Part shown: one piece after another, positions 27,475-32,000 of the stretch | How positions within the stretch are numbered: the stretch's first letter is position 1 | How the letters are laid out: every line of letters begins with the position of its first letter | DNA from: Pasteurella multocida | Lineage (GTDB): Bacteria > Pseudomonadota > Gammaproteobacteria > Enterobacterales > Pasteurellaceae | Assembly: GCF_900187275.1 (NCBI RefSeq) | Contig: NZ_LT906458.1 | Location: forward strand, 780,001-812,000 | DNA: 32,000 nt | Direction of reading: 5' to 3' | Notes under the pieces: model-generated | Databases searched by the model: none | What the model saw: the letters and a program-made list of their open reading frames with translations, nothing else | Told to the model about the DNA's origin: nothing | Program-made: the position numbers and the translations under genes

Positions 27475-28902
27475 CTAATATCCCATCCCTAAGAAAAAGA
27501 GTACCACCATCATTAAGATTTGTTCTTCTGGAATTGGTTGTCCATTTAATTTAAGTGCATCGTTTTCGAGTAACAACCCTAAATTAATCGTTTTTTCATT
27601 CTCCACAAAAACGCCTTGATTAATCGTCTCTGCAAAGGTTTCCTCCATTATTTGTGTCGCGCTTAACATGGCTTCTTCTTTGTTTTTACCTTGCGCTTCT
27701 TCTGTCATGGCTAACAGTTTGATCATAGCGTCTTTACTTAAATCGACATTCACCGCCAATTGCTTAAATAGCGATAAGACTTTACCTTGCTCTAACATGT
27801 CGACATCGCCATTTGCCATTTCCACCACAAGATTTGCTTTCAGATCGCCCCCATCCGTCGTGAGTTTGAATGGCTCAATCTGTAATAATGGCTGGTTCCT
27901 TAAAATGGTTTTGGCTAATGCTTGAATTTGATCATCTGGTAACGCTTCATGTTCTGCTGTTTTTTCCACTATATCGAAAAGGGTATTCATCGTATTCCCT
28001 TCAACATGCGCTAATTTCACCCCAGCCTGAAACTCACCCACAGACTTGCCATTGACTAACATTTCTGGGGCTTTAGTGAACACGTTATAGTCAACAAAAG
28101 CATCATTCTTTTGTGTATTAATATCTAATGACATGTTTCGGTATTCAACATTAAACTCTCTCATGTCTTGCTCAGAAAGTGAGAGACGGAAACTGTCCAC
28201 TTCCATGGTTTGTTTACCTAATGGAATATGTTCCCACTCAGAATGTTTTAAATCACTTTTTGCTTTAATATTATTCAATTCAACCAATGTTTTAGCGTTA
28301 TTATCATCACTCTCAAATAGGAATTTCAATCCATCAATATTCGCGTCAGATTGCCCCACACCTTCGGCAGTCAGCTTATTAAATTTAACATCAACGCCTT
28401 TCCAAACGATATCAACATCGCTGAATGCTAATTTTGCAGGTGCCATTTTAGCCTCTCCTGTAAAAGTAGAATCAAAACCGACTTTAATTTTACTTTCAAA
28501 AGGATTCTGCCCTTGTGCATAATCAAACCAAGCTTGCGTATCTTCATTTTTGACAATGCGATCATGGGTTGAAAATAAAATAGGCACTAAATCAAAATGC
28601 GTAATACGATCTAATGGGAAAGGTCCATGATATACCGTACTTTCAAAAGGAATTTTGAAGCTCATATCAGGAAAGGCTGCAACAAAATCATAAGTAACGT
28701 TTGAACTAAAAATGCCGCGTTCAATTTTTAAATTGTCGAATTTCACTTCGCTCCCTGGTTTTGCACCAACAAACTTCGCATTAATTAAATCTAAACGCTG
28801 TTGCGCACTTTCTTCCACTGATTTTCCGGTATACCATGCACTCCCCGTCCAAACAGCCCCTAACGCAACAATAACACCTAATGCAACTAATGATTTTTTC
28901 AT
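27475..28902 (-). CDS. YdgA-like (DUF945) protein with an N-terminal membrane anchor/signal
   Basis: 475 aa. The N-terminus MKKSLVALGVIVALGAVWTGSAWYTGK is nearly identical to my recollection of the E. coli YdgA N-terminus. Confidence 0.8.
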   Translation of the reverse strand: MKKSLVALGVIVALGAVWTGSAWYTGKSVEESAQQRLDLINAKFVGAKPGSEVKFDNLKIERGIFSSNVTYDFVAAFPDMSFKIPFESTVYHGPFPLDRITHFDLVPILFSTHDRIVKNEDTQAWFDYAQGQNPFESKIKVGFDSTFTGEAKMAPAKLAFSDVDIVWKGVDVKFNKLTAEGVGQSDANIDGLKFLFESDDNNAKTLVELNNIKAKSDLKHSEWEHIPLGKQTMEVDSFRLSLSEQDMREFNVEYRNMSLDINTQKNDAFVDYNVFTKAPEMLVNGKSVGEFQAGVKLAHVEGNTMNTLFDIVEKTAEHEALPDDQIQALAKTILRNQPLLQIEPFKLTTDGGDLKANLVVEMANGDVDMLEQGKVLSLFKQLAVNVDLSKDAMIKLLAMTEEAQGKNKEEAMLSATQIMEETFAETINQGVFVENEKTINLGLLLENDALKLNGQPIPEEQILMMVVLFFLGMGY

Positions 28903-29046
28903 AAATAAATTTCCTAAATTAACGATGTGATGAAAGCACTCAATTTACCACAAATCCAGATTGTATAAAATATCTTCTTTTCTATCTGCTTAGTTTATAG
29001 AAATAAATTTATCCACCCATTTCCTCAAATAAATTTTTCATTTCCT

Positions 29047-29074
29047 CTTGAACTTTCACTTTTTACCCTTATTT
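29047..29074 (+). promoter_or_regulatory. Sigma32-type heat-shock promoter candidate (distal)
   Basis: CTTGAA (29047-29052), a 13-nt spacer, then CCCTTATTT (29066-29074). The consensus is CTTGAAA-N13-17-CCCCATNT. Confidence 0.5.
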
Positions 29075-29164
29075 ACAACACGACAAGCTGATTTAACAAT
29101 GTTGTTCTTTCTCAAATTGAGTGAATAAACGCCATGATGAAATTCAAAAAATTTTATTTTGTCA

Positions 29165-29193
29165 CTTGAAATATGAAATTTCGTCCTTACTTT
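29165..29193 (+). promoter_or_regulatory. Sigma32-type heat-shock promoter candidate (proximal)
   Basis: CTTGAA (29165-29170), a 14-nt spacer, then CCTTACTTT (29185-29193), about 60 nt upstream of the dnaK ATG. Confidence 0.5.
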
Positions 29194-29255
29194 GAGAAAG
29201 CAAATCGAATGATTCACTATTAACGAATTTACAAGTTTATTTTAGGAGAAACAAA

Positions 29256-31160
29256 ATGGGAAAAATTATTGGTATTGACTTAGGTACAACTAACTCTTGT
29301 GTTGCGGTGATGGATGGCGATAAACCACGTGTGATTGAAAACGCGGAAGGTGATCGCACAACTCCATCAATTATTGCTTATACGCAAGATAACGAAACCT
29401 TAGTCGGTCAACCGGCAAAACGTCAAGCAGTCACAAACCCGAAAAATACGCTATTTGCGATCAAACGTTTAATTGGTCGTCGTTTCCAAGATGAAGAAGT
29501 GCAACGTGATGTAAGCATCATGCCATTTGAAATTGTCGCGGCAGATAACGGCGACGCATGGGTTGGTGTGAAAGGTGAAAAAATGGCACCACCACAAATC
29601 TCTGCGGAAGTATTGAAAAAAATGAAGAAAACGGCAGAAGATTTCTTAGGTGAGCCTGTTACTGAAGCGGTTATCACGGTACCTGCTTATTTCAACGATG
29701 CACAACGTCAAGCGACCAAAGATGCCGGTCGTATCGCAGGATTAGAAGTTAAACGTATTATTAACGAACCGACTGCGGCTGCCCTTGCTTATGGTTTAGA
29801 TAAAGGTCAAGGTAACAAAACTATCGCAGTTTATGACTTAGGGGGCGGTACATTCGACTTATCTATCATTGAGATCGATGAAGTTGGTGGTGAAAAAACG
29901 TTCGAAGTATTATCTACCAACGGGGATACGCATTTAGGGGGTGAAGACTTCGATAACCGTGTGATCAACTACTTAGTCGATGAGTTCAAAAAAGAACAAG
30001 GTGTGGACTTACGTAACGATCCATTAGCAATGCAACGTTTGAAAGAAGCGGGTGAAAAAGCCAAAATTGAACTGTCTTCTGCACAACAAACCGATGTCAA
30101 TCTTCCATACATCACCGCAGATGCGACTGGACCAAAACACTTAAACATTAAATTAACCCGTGCAAAACTAGAATCATTAGTTGAGGATTTAGTGTCTCGC
30201 TCATTAGAGCCAGTGAAAATTGCCTTAGCTGATGCTGGTTTAAGCGTATCGCAAATTGATGATGTCATCCTTGTTGGTGGTCAAACCCGTATGCCACTTG
30301 TACAACAAAAAGTGGAAGCCTTCTTTGGTAAAGCACCTCGTAAAGACGTGAACCCAGATGAAGCGGTGGCAATTGGTGCTGCAGTACAAGGCGGTGTGTT
30401 AGCCGGTGATGTCAAAGATGTCTTGTTATTAGACGTTACCCCACTTTCATTAGGTATCGAAACCATGGGTGGCGTGATGACAACCTTGATTGAGAAAAAC
30501 ACTACGATTCCAACGAAGAAATCACAAGTGTTCTCAACGGCAGAAGATAACCAAAGTGCGGTAACTATCCACGTACTTCAAGGTGAGCGTAAACGTGCGG
30601 CAGACAACAAATCTTTAGGTCAATTCAACCTAGAAGGGATCAACCCAGCACCACGCGGTATGCCACAAATTGAAGTGACTTTCGACATTGATGCGGACGG
30701 TATCATCCACGTTTCTGCGAAAGATAAAGGCACAAACAAAGAGCAAAAAATCACGATTAAAGCCTCTTCCGGTTTAACCGATGAAGAAATTCAACAAATG
30801 GTACGTGATGCAGAAGCGAACGCCGAAGCAGACCGTAAATTTGAAGAATTAGTGCAAGCCCGTAACCAAGCGGATCATTTAGTTCACGGCACTCGCAAAC
30901 AATTAAGCGAAGTGGGCGATAAATTATCTGCTGAAGATAAAGCACCAATCGAAAAAGCGGTTGCAGAATTAGAAACTGCAGCGAAAGGTGAAGATAAAGC
31001 GGAAATCGAAGCGAAAGTACAAGCATTAATTCAAGTATCTGAAAAATTAATGCAAGCTGCACAACCACAACCAGAAGCGCAAGCACAGCAAGCGCAAAGC
31101 GGTAAGTCAAATGATGATGTGGTGGATGCAGAATTTGAAGAAGTGAAAGACAACAAATAA
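29256..31160 (+). CDS. dnaK: Molecular chaperone DnaK (Hsp70)
   Basis: 634 aa ([21 protein letters not shown]..., [19 protein letters not shown]). AGGAG lies upstream of the ATG. Confidence 0.99.
   Translation: MGKIIGIDLGTTNSCVAVMDGDKPRVIENAEGDRTTPSIIAYTQDNETLVGQPAKRQAVTNPKNTLFAIKRLIGRRFQDEEVQRDVSIMPFEIVAADNGDAWVGVKGEKMAPPQISAEVLKKMKKTAEDFLGEPVTEAVITVPAYFNDAQRQATKDAGRIAGLEVKRIINEPTAAALAYGLDKGQGNKTIAVYDLGGGTFDLSIIEIDEVGGEKTFEVLSTNGDTHLGGEDFDNRVINYLVDEFKKEQGVDLRNDPLAMQRLKEAGEKAKIELSSAQQTDVNLPYITADATGPKHLNIKLTRAKLESLVEDLVSRSLEPVKIALADAGLSVSQIDDVILVGGQTRMPLVQQKVEAFFGKAPRKDVNPDEAVAIGAAVQGGVLAGDVKDVLLLDVTPLSLGIETMGGVMTTLIEKNTTIPTKKSQVFSTAEDNQSAVTIHVLQGERKRAADNKSLGQFNLEGINPAPRGMPQIEVTFDIDADGIIHVSAKDKGTNKEQKITIKASSGLTDEEIQQMVRDAEANAEADRKFEELVQARNQADHLVHGTRKQLSEVGDKLSAEDKAPIEKAVAELETAAKGEDKAEIEAKVQALIQVSEKLMQAAQPQPEAQAQQAQSGKSNDDVVDAEFEEVKDNK
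30554..30562 (+). repeat. Uptake signal sequence core (Hin-type USS)
   Basis: Exact AAGTGCGGT, inside dnaK. Confidence 0.8.
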
Positions 31161-31180
31161 TTTCACTCCTCACAAAAAAT

Positions 31181-31212
31181 CGAAGGGCGTAGCGATACGC
31201 CCTTTCGGTGTA
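31181..31212 (+). terminator. Hairpin terminator after dnaK
   Basis: 9-bp perfect stem AAGGGCGTA / TACGCCCTT with loop GCGA, extendable with one bulge. It is followed by TCGGTGTATT, a weak U-tract. Confidence 0.6.
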
Positions 31213-31226
31213 TTGATTAATCCTCA

Positions 31227-31267
31227 TTTTTCCTCACTTTATTTTTCTCAAGTGAAGTGAGGAAAAA
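31227..31267 (+). other. 13-bp hairpin whose 3' arm duplicates the downstream Shine-Dalgarno region
   Basis: TTTTTCCTCACTT (31227-31239) pairs with AAGTGAGGAAAAA (31255-31267) across a 15-nt loop. GAGGAAAAAA occurs at 31259-31268 and again at 31276-31285, where it is the SD plus the A of the ATG of the next ORF. Confidence 0.6.
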
Positions 31268-31284
31268 ACAATCTGGAGGAAAAA

Positions 31285-31683
31285 ATGGCTTTAACACTCT
31301 ACCCCATTGTGCAACAACGCTTGAATAACAAGATTGCCCATGAGATTATCCCTGCCCTGTGGCAAAACACGCTCAAGCAATTACCACAAGATCAGGATTG
31401 TTATGGGGTTTATTTCAATTATGCGGGCGATCACCAAGCGGATTATGATTTTGCGATTGCGAGTAGTGCTGTTTTAAAAACAGATTTTCCCACGATTGAC
31501 ATTGAGGATTTGAATGTTTACGAAGTTTTTCGTTGTAAAACGGATGAAATTTATCAAACGTGGCAACTGATCTGGAAAAAAGAACAACAAGGTTTACTTA
31601 AACGGGCTTATTCGGTGGATTTTGAAAAATACTACCCTGATGGTTTGGTAGAAATTTACATCGCTGTTGTACCACATTGTTAA
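31285..31683 (+). CDS. Small GyrI-like / effector-binding-domain protein (Cass2/SbmC-fold type), function unknown
   Basis: 132 aa with a strong SD (GGAGGA). The pattern (..IPALWQ.., YGVYFNY.., DYDFAIA.., YEVF.., IYQTWQLIW.., VDFEKYYPDG..EIYIAV) resembles GyrI-like small-molecule-binding domains. This assignment rests on pattern memory only. Confidence 0.5.
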   Translation: MALTLYPIVQQRLNNKIAHEIIPALWQNTLKQLPQDQDCYGVYFNYAGDHQADYDFAIASSAVLKTDFPTIDIEDLNVYEVFRCKTDEIYQTWQLIWKKEQQGLLKRAYSVDFEKYYPDGLVEIYIAVVPHC

Positions 31684-31716
31684 GCCAAAAGTGTGTTCAA
31701 TATTTTATAAAAAATG

Positions 31717-31725
31717 ACCGCACTT
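31717..31725 (-). repeat. Uptake signal sequence core (Hin-type USS)
   Basis: Exact ACCGCACTT on the + strand, intergenic. Confidence 0.8.
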
Positions 31726-31756
31726 TACTCCCCAAAACAAACTCAAGGAAAACACA

Positions 31757-32000
31757 ATGGAATTTGCAACAAAATGTCTACATGCCGGTTATACACCGAA
31801 AAATGGTGAGCCTCGTGTTCAACCGATCGTACAAAGTACCACTTTTACTTACGATTCCGCCGAAGAAATTGGTAAGTTATTTGATTTACAAGCGGCTGGC
31901 TATTTTTACACCCGCCTTTCAAATCCTACTACCAATGCGGCAGAAGAAAAAATTACCGCACTTGAAGGCGGTGTAGCAACCATGTGTACCGCATCAGGGC
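31757..32000 (+). CDS. Cys/Met-metabolism PLP-dependent enzyme, 5' end only (O-acetylhomoserine sulfhydrylase / methionine gamma-lyase family)
   Basis: Not in the track because it has no stop in the window. ATG 31757 follows AAGGAA. It encodes MEFATKCLHAGYTPKNGEPRVQPIVQSTTFTYDSAEEIGKLFDLQAAGYFYTRLSNPTTNAAEEKITALEGGVATMCTASG, the conserved N-terminal pattern of this family (LHAGY, TTF, YTR.SNPT, LEGG, ASG). Confidence 0.8.
   Translation, partial: MEFATKCLHAGYTPKNGEPRVQPIVQSTTFTYDSAEEIGKLFDLQAAGYFYTRLSNPTTNAAEEKITALEGGVATMCTASG
31955..31963 (-). repeat. Uptake signal sequence core (Hin-type USS)
   Basis: Exact ACCGCACTT on the + strand, inside the partial PLP-enzyme gene. Confidence 0.8.

Noticed and set aside
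29009-29017. TTATCCACC (8/9 match to a DnaA box) between the YdgA-like gene and dnaK
   Set aside because: It is a single imperfect box with no cluster, no AT-rich unwinding element and no origin-like context.
30757-31227. 156-aa minus-strand ORF overlapping the dnaK 3' end
   Set aside because: It is antisense to dnaK. Its low-complexity Leu/Arg-rich sequence reflects the Ala/Glu/Lys/Gln-rich DnaK tail, and it has no SD.
31677-31976. 99-aa track ORF 31677..31976 (+)
   Set aside because: It starts inside the GyrI-like gene's stop region and has no SD. It is out of frame with the strongly family-like ORF beginning at ATG 31757, which has AAGGAA upstream. The latter is the real gene.

Overview
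This window is mostly core chromosomal DNA of a Pasteurellaceae-type gammaproteobacterium. The evidence is low G+C, 12 perfect Hin-type uptake-signal cores (AAGTGCGGT/ACCGCACTT), and products that align by eye with E. coli/Haemophilus GreA, PBP4, NrdA/NrdB, YfaE, DapB, PgpA, ThiL, NusB, RibH, TyrP, HtrA, YdgA and DnaK. Gene order, left to right: (1) a large trimeric autotransporter adhesin gene on the minus strand that runs off the left edge and is absent from the ORF track; (2) greA and dacB; (3) nrdA, then an NSS-family Na+ symporter with a 30-codon MetS-like small subunit (also absent from the track), wedged between nrdA and nrdB-yfaE; (4) a complete tetrathionate-respiration locus, ttrBCA divergent from ttrSR; (5) dapB, a LysE-family exporter, and pgpA-thiL-nusB-ribH; (6) tyrP, a nitroreductase, htrA/degQ and a YdgA(DUF945)-like gene; (7) dnaK with no dnaJ after it, a small GyrI-like gene, and the 5' end of a Cys/Met-metabolism PLP enzyme. 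Regulatory sites readable from the sequence are tandem NrdR boxes, a perfect FNR box, adjacent TyrR boxes over a promoter, sigma32- and sigmaE-type promoters, and about ten rho-independent terminators. I saw no rRNA/tRNA, CRISPR, IS/integrase, prophage, toxin-antitoxin or recognisable defence genes. I do not see a convincing novel multi-gene system. The items most worth a second look are the hidden adhesin gene and its in-frame repeats, a GC-rich non-coding island between dacB and nrdA, the split nrdA/nrdB arrangement, the operator architecture and tight junction of the ttr locus, and an SD-mimic hairpin downstream of dnaK. All calls come from reading the sequence and from memory of protein families; no searches were run.
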